Below, one piece after another: positions 31,544-42,179 of a stretch of 64,000 bases of DNA. Origin of the DNA: Pocillopora damicornis (Eukaryota); contig NW_020846357.1 in assembly GCF_003704095.1 (NCBI RefSeq), positions 248,001-312,000 of the forward strand. The letters are read 5' to 3'. How positions within the stretch are numbered: position 1 is the stretch's first letter; each line of letters starts with the position of its first letter. The notes under the pieces are model-generated. The model was not told the DNA's origin. It made no database searches and saw only the letters and a list, made by a program, of their open reading frames with translations. The position numbers and the translations under genes were made by a program.

Positions 31544-33615
31544 CCAACTACTAAATACTCAGCGGGTCCTTTTAATGTTAGCTTACTGAACTGATTCAAG
31601 TAACGATGAAATACTGCTGAGCATCGGCTTCAACAGACGACGAGTTCAGTCTGTTGTGAAAAACCCTTCCCGGTTGTTGAAGGCAGATCAGTGTGGCTAG
31701 TTCAGTAGAGGTATCAGTAAGTATTTTGTGGAATAATATGCCAATTAAGAAGGATGCCCCGATCAAGAGTTAAAGAAAGTGTAATTAGGTTATTGTGGGA
31801 TATGGAGCGATTGTAGAGCGAGTGATTTGGTTTTACATTTTGATTTGAATAGTCGCAGGTTTTGAGTGATGGTCATGTTGTAAAATGGGAACTTTTTTTA
31901 CTGTCTTTGTACAGATAAACAACTTGTTACGAATGCTAATTTATTATTAAGACATATTTCAGTATGATTAGGTTTTTAAGAAAAGTAAGAGTATCGAGTG
32001 ATCACTGAAATATATAAAGTTCTTCGTATATATATTTTTTTTTGCGTTGTTGTACAACGCTGTGATGGTCACACAACACGGTGAAGTTCACGCACTCTGT
32101 CTGTCACGCAGAGAGTGTAACGCGAGCTCAGTAGCTTTCAAGAAGTCTACCTGAAGGCTTCTGCTGTTTCCTTTGCTTTACTGGTAAAACTCAGGAAATA
32201 GTGGTGTCGTGGGAAGTTAGTTTTAGATTGAAGTGATTTTATAGAATATTGATGCATTGGATATGGTCCTTCATGTGTCCTGAAACAAGAGTGATGTGGT
32301 AGGATTATAAGGGCATAATTCATGATGCCCTGATTCGGCTCTTTTACAACGGTAAAACGAACGTTAGTTTTGAGGAAACCATAACATATTGATTTGGTTA
32401 AATAGACAAACAGCAATGTGGTATTCATAAACCATGGGCAAGGATGACCTAGGATGGAGAAGATTCGAACGGATTTTAAATGAAGAACTTGTAAACTTTT
32501 CTCCAATGTTTTTCAAGTGGCATAAACTTTGACGTACAGTAGCCCCCTTCACTTGAGATTTAATCTCAGTAGTACACTGAATGCGTTTAAATTTCGTTCA
32601 TACTACGTCAAAATTGTAAGTTGCACGTTTATAGATGATGGTAGCGATGGAGTATTTTTCCTTTGGTTTAAAGAGTTTTTTCCAGAGCTGATAGTGTTGA
32701 AATCCTCTTAAAGTGTGTACCAACAGAAGAAAAAAAAAATAATTGTAAATTGTGCAAGAGAAATTATTTCAAACTCTGATTTGAAAATTCGATAGGAACT
32801 TTGTGGTTGTATGTACAAATTACTGTCGTTGTAATCTGGTACGTTTGTATTATACATTATTTTTGTATGGACCATTTCCAATAAGAAATGCAATTTTAGG
32901 GGATTGTTTAAGAGGAAGTTAAGGTATTAAGCTACAGTTTGCAGATTTGATATACTTAACCGTGCGTAATTTTAACCGTACATGTTTAATGCTCTCAATC
33001 GCGATTTAGAATATTTGAATATGACAAATACTTACCAAAAACTCTATTAACTATTTTAGTTTTTATCAATTTTTGTTGTCATGCTGTTTATAGGATCATA
33101 TTCGCATTACATTGTTGAGACTATATAGTTTGCTGTGGCAAAATCTCGAAACTCGTCCTGTCGTCAATTAACTTACTTTCTTTTGCAAGAATGCAAGGCA
33201 TTCCTAGTTTTAAAAAAACGTTGGGTTCTATATATTGTGACTACCTCATAATTTTCCCAAAACTGTGTGAGGAAATTATACTAACTTTATTTTAAGCTTT
33301 CTTACTCTTTTATTATCGAGAGTAACGTGTTTATATGTATTAAAAGGTCATATATTGCCTTTCATAATAAAACGTTCAAAGATATATCTGATTGTTAATT
33401 TATTTGTTTTGTCTTTAATTAAATTCTTTATTTTATCAACCCTGAAGAATTCTCATTATAATGGATGAAATAAACTTGTGTATCAACCTCTCTAACACTA
33501 TTATAACAGTACTTATGGTAATTCTTTTCAGACAAATGAAGGAAAAAAATTTTTAACTCTCGACTGAAACGTGTCGTGAAGAGGATGTGTGCAACCGCTG
33601 ACACAGGTTATTGCG

Positions 33616-35729
33616 TTAGCGTCTTTCCTCAGCAGGTACTAGTAAAACGGGTATGGTCATGTGTTGAGTGACGTAGTCGCTGACACTCCCTAAGATTGTT
33701 CGTCTAATGGTTCCCAGTCCTCTACTTCCTAAAATTATACATTCGGCTTTTTCTTCCTTTCCCACTGAGCAGATCACATGACCAATCGCTCCGTGAGCAA
33801 AGAGAGTCTTGAAAGGAAGCTGGAAAATGGAAAAAAAAAAAGGCGTTCCTTTTTCGTTTTTTGCCGAGTTATGCTGAGGAATGTAATATGGCCATGAAAT
33901 ACTTGCCTTCATTTCTTTGCATTTCTTCTCGTAGCCGCTCAGCATCTCTTCTGCCTGTCGTTCCGCTTTTTCCAACATTCGTTCCCATTCTTCTCGCGGT
34001 GGAATGCTCATACAATCTGTAATATAAAAGGTTCTTTATGACTGATTACACTTTTTTCCAAATACTGCAGCTTTTTTTCCCTTGTTGTTTCTGCGTCGTC
34101 TATCAGACTAAATTTTGTCTGTCATTTCATTATATAACGTTACTATCTCCGCGTAACCCTAGGGAAAGTTCGTGTCGCACACGGAAATTCCCAATTTAAT
34201 AAAATACGTTACCCTTTCAAGGACTGCGATCGTTCTCGCCAGCAGTAAGAATCGAAGTTCGATCAGTATCCACTGAGTACACTGAATACCTTCCTGAGAC
34301 GACAGTGGCATTTTGACCCCAATCTAACGTGAACTTAGAACAATTGACACCTCCATATTGCATTTTTGGCCTAAAAGGTTCAGAGGCTCTTGCTACCAAC
34401 CTCTATGTTTTCATGACGTCACGGTCAGGTCTGATAATGCTTAGGAGCTGTACTGCATAGAAATGATTGCTAAACACATTCTTACTTGCAAATGTTGGTG
34501 CTGGAGTGATAGGGGACTCGTAAACATGAACAAACACAACCTGATCTCTCTCCTGTCGGAATTTATCAGCGTACCCTGCAAGTAAAAAAAAAAACATATG
34601 AAGTGGAAACATATGTGGCGAAAACATCATAATCCTTATATTCAAACTAACACTAACTCTCCTCCTATTTTTCCGATCCATTTTAGCCTTGGAACTTCTC
34701 GCAAGGTTCGTTAAAGCTTTGGTGCGAGGTCAGAAGCCGAAGTTTTCCCGACCACTCTCCGGGTACTTTACGAACACCTGCATCGGCTTGGAGCAGGTGC
34801 TCGCTACCTTGAAATGATAACATTAATTAACTGGCGTATGGCCGATACCAAAATGCTAATTCGCGCTAGGCTTGTGGTAAAACAAAACAAAACATTGCGT
34901 TTTTTCTATTCTTTCAACAAAAATAAAGCACCGTTTGAAAAGAACATCTTACAGCTAATAACTGGCAAATCAAACAGCTGATTTCTTTACGTTAGTTTTT
35001 TCCCTGAGCAAATGAGTTGTTCAGGATAACGCCTTGACCGTGCCTTCACTTTCGTCGCTTTTACAAGATTGATGAATCTATCGGCTTTCAACGATTGGTA
35101 TTCACTCTTTATTCCGAAAAAAAGACTAGCTCTAAAATATTCTAGTTGAGGTAGTTTTTGATACCAGGAACTTTCGATAACGTGACGAGAATATTTGAAA
35201 TTACAAAGGCCTGTTTTGATAAAAAATTCAATGTAGAATCAGTTCTTTAAATCGGCAGTTGTACATGCCTGATTGCGTTGCAGAGCTCCGCTAGATTGTT
35301 CTCCAGAATAGCGAGAACTCATGGAGATTGTTCTTTCTGGGGATGCTTACATGCATGCGCGTAAACGTACCAAAGAATGAGAGCGGCCATGGAAATATCA
35401 AACACTTTTTACCTACCTAGAAAATGATATCAGTTGAGCAGAATTTGCGACAAGGCAGCGTTAAACATCATGCCACAAGCTTATCATAGAGAGAAAAATC
35501 TACGAAATTAGAGCTGCGTAAAAATGTAAATCAGCTTTAAATTCGAAAATTTGATCCCACAGAATTGCAACCTCATGCCAAAATTATGCCATTGGTTCAA
35601 GATTGCTAGATTTTGGCAGCAGTTTTAAAAAATATTTCGATCCTTTTTTTACTCACATGCAAAGGCTCTCTCGCTGTAGACGCTTCCATCCACTGCCACT
35701 AAAATGTTTCTTGGGGATGTCGATGGCAT
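33616..35729 (-). CDS. Universal stress protein (UspA family) paralog 1, 158 aa, 4 exons
   Basis: Exons 35729-35657, 34575-34486, 34016-33907, 33819-33616 (477 nt). MPSTSPRNILVAVDGSVYSERAFAWY...FVHV...IILGSRGLGTIRRTILGSVSDYVTQHMTIPVLLVP carries the G-2x-G-9x-GS ATP-binding motif. Intron 3 is GC-AG. Confidence 0.92.
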
Positions 35730-36756
35730 TTTTTGTGACGGTTTCCTCCTATTGAAAAGTGATGCTTTGTGAACGATGATAGCGACGTGTTTGTGTGAGA
35801 ATCAAGATTGAAAACAAGATATTTTCATTTCGTAGCCCAATTGCTTCCTCTTATTTGGAAAATCCAAACAGTATACTCCAACGGGATTAATAATTAACAA
35901 AAACATCGATATAATGTTTTACTTTAGCAAGCTGGTACAAGAAACAGAAAGTGAAATTTATGCTGAACATGGGTTGATTGAAAATCGATTTAATTTTTTT
36001 GTTTTGCGCAACAGCTATCTTACAGTGGAACTGAAATTAGTGATTTTCAAGATAAGTTCAATGGTTCCAATTCAAACGACCCCGGCACACTACGTTGCTA
36101 TTATACGAAGCACTATTTTAAAGGAAAGTTAAATATTTAAATTTTTGTAAATTCATAGGATGAAAATCGCTTTTTGGCGGGAGAGTGTACCCTGATGTAA
36201 GTTTTATTTGAATTCTTACCAATCATTTTTTTCCAAGAGATTATACGAAAAGGGCTTCCCGGGAGAACCCGTTATTACCAAAGGAAAGAGAACGAAACAG
36301 CAACGGAACCGATTTAAGGCGATTCAATAACAGCCGTTGTCCGGTCATGTCATGTAATACGTTCGTCACGCAACGGAATGTTTCGTGACGAGACAAAACA
36401 TCGGCTTCCCAAGACGTAGTGTTTATGTCTTAAGGGGTAAATCGAAAGTTGAACGAAACAACAACTTAGTATGCGAAGAAAGTTTAGATAATAATGTTTA
36501 TAAGGTTATTCACGACAACATAAAAGTATTAAACATTTTCAGAGTTCAACTTTGAAATAGGCTGTATTGTCTTAGAGGAACTACGCTAATGAGGAGTCTG
36601 AGAATCCTGAATCGATAAAGGATATGTAGCAAAACATGTCCTTTGATGATGAAGGGCAGCGAGTGAACAAGACAAGTTTTTTTAACCCATTTTTGGATTA
36701 CATGGGACGTAAAGAAACTTAGTTACCCACAAATTACCAACAATTACCTCTATAGA

Positions 36757-36961
36757 TTAACCCTTAAAATTCTAAGATCTCAATAGTAATTCTCCTTACC
36801 GTCTGAAATACAATTCTTATAATTTGGAGATTTTGGTATTGGATCAACTAATAATCCCTAATTGATATTCTACTTTATTCTCATCACTTCTATGCTTTAT
36901 ATTGTATTGATATCGTAAGGAGAAATTCTCTCTTGGTCACTCATAGAAGATAAAGGATTAA
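36757..36961 (-). mobile_element. MITE subfamily B, full length
   Basis: ttaaccctt...aaaggattaa ends; the reverse complement shares gagtga...aatttctccttac.atatca...atgagaataaag with subfamily A. Confidence 0.78.
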
Positions 36962-37431
36962 AACGATAATCTCTCTTCGGATTCGTTGTTAGATAATAAG
37001 ACAGAAAAAAAATCCTCGTTAAAACTCTTTCAGTTTTTTTTTTGACTATTAACGAACATTCAGTTGCCGTAGAGTACTCATTTAATATCCTCAATAAGTT
37101 GTAACAAAATTAAGATCGCACTCTTTCGGAGAGGTGATAGACAAACTAACTTAGAGCAGGCATTTCCGGAATTTTTTAAGCCTGAGTTTTTCATGTTTAA
37201 AATTGAATGTTACTTAATATTAATCCTCTCCGGTTCGTGATTATCCACCCCTAAAGTTTATTTTTTCCTTTCCCAATAAGCCATTATTTTTCAGAAATAT
37301 ATCTTTTCAATAGCCTTTCTACATCTGCAGAATGAGTTCAATTAACGAACAAAGTTTTTTACAGTCTCGGTACCAGACCTCTCAAGCTAGATTTCAATCG
37401 CTCGAGAAGGATCTGAGAACAAGTTTCATCC

Positions 37432-40062
37432 TCAGAAATGTGTTTTTGGGGGGACAAGTAAAACCGGAACCCGTGAATGATGAACCACGTGATCACTGAC
37501 ACTTCCTAATATGGTCCTTCGGAAAGCACCGAGTCCCCGATTTCCAAGTACAATGCAGGTGACGTTTTCGTCTTTAGCCACTTTACAAATGGCGTCTCCT
37601 GGTGATCCGAGTTCAATTCTGGTTTTGAATGGTATCTGAAATGAACAAACGGTTGCTTTTAAATTGCGTTTTAATTTTAGAGGCTGTTACGAAGGCTTCA
37701 CGGTTGGGTCAGGTTTATAAAGCTTGGTTACCTAGGTACTAGCAAAGGAGCGAACGGTAGTGCGGAAGCACACAAAACAAGCATCAGTACACGCGGATTG
37801 TTTTTTTGGCGGAGGGTCTTAAACTTTAGCGTGGGGTCCATTTTTCCTTCTTTAGGAACTAGAGTTTTGACTGACCTGAAGATGTTTACATTTCTGTTCA
37901 AATCCCTCTAGCATGCCTGAGGCTTGCGCATTTGCTGCCCTCAAAATGTTCTTCATTTCATCAACTTGAAGTTCTGAGGCATCTGATGTGAAAAAATGCA
38001 AATGACATATTTTTTCGCGTATTTGATCATATGCGCATGTAAAATGCACGTTACAAATAATAAATATCATTGTTATTATTATTATTACTTTGATATGGTC
38101 ACTTAATGACTAAATACCCACCGACTGCAGCGTGACAAGTCACACAACTTACCTTGTGAATCATCCTTGGAGTATTGTTTGACATGATCAAGTGAGCTGT
38201 AAACATGAAGTAAGATAATTTCCTGTTTTTCTTGTCCATAATTGTCTACGTACCCTGATGGAGAGAGGAACAATGTAAAACAAGAACTTTAGCCATTTTC
38301 GACCGTACCAGCGGGGTCATTTATTCCCTACCCCCTCCCCCCTTCACCTTCCCTCAGCCCCTCCTCCCCGCTCCATACCCGTTGTCAAGGCGTTTCAATT
38401 TTTGGTTATCTGTAGTTTCTCTGTAAACACTTTTTAACTCCGGAGTAAATTAGATTGCGAATAGGCCGACTCTGGTATGTCAACCTAATAAAACGGTAAA
38501 TTTCGACCAACAGTTACCTCTAATAAGTGAGCTGACAGGATAACAACATGTTTGTTTAGTATCAAGTGGATGTTTACCATCCATTGAAAACGTTTGACAG
38601 TATTCTGCTAGTTGAGCAGCTGCAATCTGCCATTATGTCATACCGCGGGTTGAAGAGAAAACGCTTGACATTTATCACTATTTTCACGACGGGAAAAGCA
38701 AACGAGATAAATTTCTCGCCTAGATCGAAAGATAATTTTAAAATGCGGTTAATAGCTGATTCTGATTCTTAAAATCGTCTGAAATTAAATTGCGACGAAT
38801 AAAATTTTCTCGTCGGCTTTTTTGAGTGTGTTACTACTGAAGTCTTAGTTCTATGCTTTCGCTTGTTTAGTATAGCGAACTAAGTTGTCAAAAAAAGTCT
38901 GTCAAAATTGAATAAGTGTGTGAGAGACAATGAGCTCTTCATTGAGAGCTAGAGATAAAACCTTTTCATTTCTTTAGGACCCTTCATCTCATGTCGGAAG
39001 AAGATTTTGAGCTCGATTATGTGCTAAAATCCCAATAAACGTTTTTTTAAAACCTTGACTTGTACATAAATCTAGTTTTATGCACGTCAATTTGGTGGGC
39101 AGCTTCAAATATGGACAAGAGAAATTCGTTTGTATTCTCCAAGAGAAACAAAGCGTAAATATTAAAATTCAGGTTTCCAGATGACGCCAATTAAAATGAG
39201 TTTTTTCGCTCAGGATGAACATCGTATTTCTCGCTTGTTGTGTTTTCTTTTCTTTTTAAAAATTGCAAAAATTTTATAGTTATGACAGCAAGTGATGAAT
39301 TTTACTCTACTTGTGGGTTTTCCTTTTGCTCAGGAAGTTACTCAAGTCAAACCGCATTCGTCAGTCAAATATTATTTGAAAACAAGCTAATAATATGAAT
39401 TAGCAGGAGATCACGAGAAAAACTGTCAGCTTTTGCTGTAAGATGTGTCAGAATAAAAAATCGAAAAGTTTTCGAATTTTGCGAAGACTCGGAAACTTCG
39501 TATTTTGCACAGATCACTAGACGTTAGCCTTCTGATTGAACGAGGCGAATTTTGCAAGCGCAGAGAGAACATTTTGCATTTCATTTTGCATTAGAAAGGT
39601 AGACTTGGCAGACTGTCGTTCTTATCCACAAAATTATTGCTACCCCTTATACTTTTTTAAATTAGATCAACTGTTTAAAATACGGCTGAAATTTGGAAAG
39701 TTCATGGAGATTACTTTTCAACAATTTATTTGGCGTGAGCGTGTTTTTTTTTTACGGTCTCAAACCGGAGTAAACACTGTTGAAGAGATCAAGCTTTATG
39801 CTGGATTTTCATTGTTGCGTCAATTTATTCACGCAAACAAAGGAGCGTTCATTTTGCTGGCGGTTGATTTGCGTGCATATAAGAAAATAGAGACAATGTA
39901 AGGGGCGTCTTGCGTGCAAATCGGACATCAATAAGTTCTATCATCCAAAATAACGGGATCGCACAAAATATTTTGCTCGTGCAAGATATACTTACAGTCA
40001 AAAGCTCTGACACAATGTTCCTTTTCGTCGATCGGTACAAGAATCCGTTTCGTATTAGCCAT
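37432..40062 (-). CDS. Universal stress protein (UspA family) paralog 2, 159 aa, 4 coding exons
   Basis: Exons 40062-39996, 38254-38153, 37982-37876, 37635-37432 (480 nt). MANTKRILVPIDEKEHCVRAFDWY...LLHVY...IVLGNRGLGAFRRTILGSVSDHVVHHSRVPVLLVP. Intron phases match paralog 1. Probable 5'UTR intron with its donor near 40314. Confidence 0.92.
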
Positions 40063-40364
40063 CTCTGTAGCGCAGGAAGTTTTTGATTCCAAATTGTCGT
40101 GCGATTAACAAGCGAAGAAGCCGTGTCCTTCACAAATACAGTAAAATTATAAAATATTCATGAACACTGAATAAATGAATATTACATGACGGGATAAAAA
40201 GAAAAACACAAACTCATCCGCAAAAATGTCTCAATAATTTTGACATTTACAACTGCGAGGATCATCCCATTAACATTTAATATAAATTGAATTATTAGAC
40301 ATATTTGTCCTTACCTATCGGACCGTGTAATTTTTTCAAGGAGATAATTTTCTATTTTGGCGAG

Positions 40365-40636
40365 TTCAGAATTTGAAAGACGGAGCATCAGAAATCGGAC
40401 GGAAAAATCCGAAATTGGACGGAAAAATCCGAAATTGAAAAGACGCATCTAAAATCAGTCGGAACTCTAAAACAGGCGAGGCCGTCCGAAATTGGAGGGA
40501 GGCGTCCGAAATCAGACAGAAGCGTCCGAAATCGGACGAAAGCTTTAAAATTGTTAAAAAGGGTCTGAAATCAGACTGTACCGTCCAAAATCGGGCAAAT
40601 GCATCCATGTATGATGAAGCCATCCGGAATTGGGCA
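40365..40636 (+). repeat. 20-bp-period array of the palindrome GTCCGAAATCGGAC plus about 6 variable nt, about 14 units
   Basis: Cores at ~40387, 40407, 40427, 40447, 40484, 40504, 40524 (perfect cgtccgaaatcggacg), 40563, 40583 and 40622. Same consensus as 8975-9134, in the opposite orientation. Confidence 0.8.
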
Positions 40637-42179
40637 CATCTGATCGTAATGGATCCTCGCTCGGTATTCTATTTGAGATAATTGTAAGAGGACCTATATC
40701 TCCGAAAATGGAAATATGAGGCATCAGTTAAAACTGAAACGAACGCAGGAAGAAATGTTAAGAAAAATGAGTGACGTCTGAGCAGTAAATAGCTCCCCGT
40801 TTATACTCTGTTAGCAACGACTGTTCTCCTCTTAAAATCCTCTCCCCTCTCCCCCTCAGGTGATAGATAACGATTGATTGCTGAAGGATTTGGCCTTTTT
40901 AGCGAACTGAAAAGAAAATGGGAGGTCAACTTGATGAATATTTTATTAATGCGGCAACTGATGTCGCACACAAAGTTAGAGTTATTGAAAACATTTTACA
41001 TAAGGGTCGACCTCGTGCATTTTCAAACTCTTTAAAATCAAATCTACAGCACTGATGCTTTAATAATGAAATTCTACTTCTTCTTATAATTTGATGAAAA
41101 ACGTGATTGATTACAACTTCATCAATCCATCAGTTAATGTGTTATGATCATTAATTATTTTCATCTTTGACCAAGTTTCCTCAGAAATGTTTTAGTCCAT
41201 AAAAACACCCCTTGTTTTCCCATATCTATTGTTACTTTGAAATGAGCTCAGTGGCGAAGAATCTTACGCTCGAATGAGAGTGATGCCTTTTGAGATTCGA
41301 TTTTGATGAGTGTCAGAGCCCACTTAAATTTACAATAGAGCAAACTTTATAAACGTACCTTTTTGCAAGCGATACTGTTTGAATTGTTAAAACTGTATTG
41401 TCAAAAATAATTAATTGCCCCTCTGGTGAAAAGACTGAGGCACTTGTTTCTTACTGTATTAGACTCATCAACCAATATGGAGCAGTACTACAATGTCACT
41501 TAATAAATGTCTAAGTGTTTACAAGCTGTCTTAATCGCAGCACATCAACATTACCACGTGTGGTATGATTACCTTAAGTTATTTGAAGGCTCCAGGATCT
41601 GGCCTCTCTTGTGTAGGATTGAAACTATCTCGTTTGTTAGCTGGATGCTTTGCTGACTAACGAATAGAACCCATCTGAGTATCCACGTCAACGAGATTTG
41701 AGAAACAGCAGTGGCCAATACAGAACCCACTAGGGTATCAACGTGAAAAAGATTCGAGAAACATCACTAGTTATCTTTAGAGTCTTGATTGGGGGAAGGG
41801 GATCATAGAAAATATAAGTGATATACAACTTCCTTAACAGGGATTATCCAAGGAAAAGGCTTAGGAAAAATTGAAAAAAATAGAGGAAGCTTCCTTTATC
41901 ACGGATTCAATCTCAACTTTTGTTCACCTCTTAAGTAACATTGTAATGTCATTATTTTACTAAAATGGTCAAGAAAAATTTTGAGTCCGAGGCACATTTG
42001 TCTAAACTGTGAAAACTTTCTAAACCTAAGTTGTAATTACAAATACATAGTTTCTTTGACATGATGAATTCTGCAACACTTCCAACTGGACTTATGATAC
42101 GGTTGCCTCGAAATTTTTCTTCAGAATCCAAAAATTATGATTTTTCATGAGCACGCGTTAGTATTTCCCTTTTTATATT

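Noticed and set aside
38578-38700. Alternative first exon for Usp paralog 2 (atg gat g|gtaaac)
   Set aside because: It is in phase but would delete the conserved first strand and helix; a canonical exon 1 exists at 40062-39996, and there is no transcript evidence.
40365-40636. CRISPR-like appearance (palindromic repeats with variable spacers) and ORF 40366-40623
   Set aside because: Repeats are 14 bp and degenerate, spacers are only about 6 bp, there are no cas genes and the context is eukaryotic. The ORF is a by-product of the repeat.
41268-41573. Chain of minus-strand donor/acceptor-like sites suggesting Shaw-1 to Usp-2 read-through
   Set aside because: One implied intron is only about 36 nt and no coding frame is kept; such sites occur by chance in AT-rich DNA.
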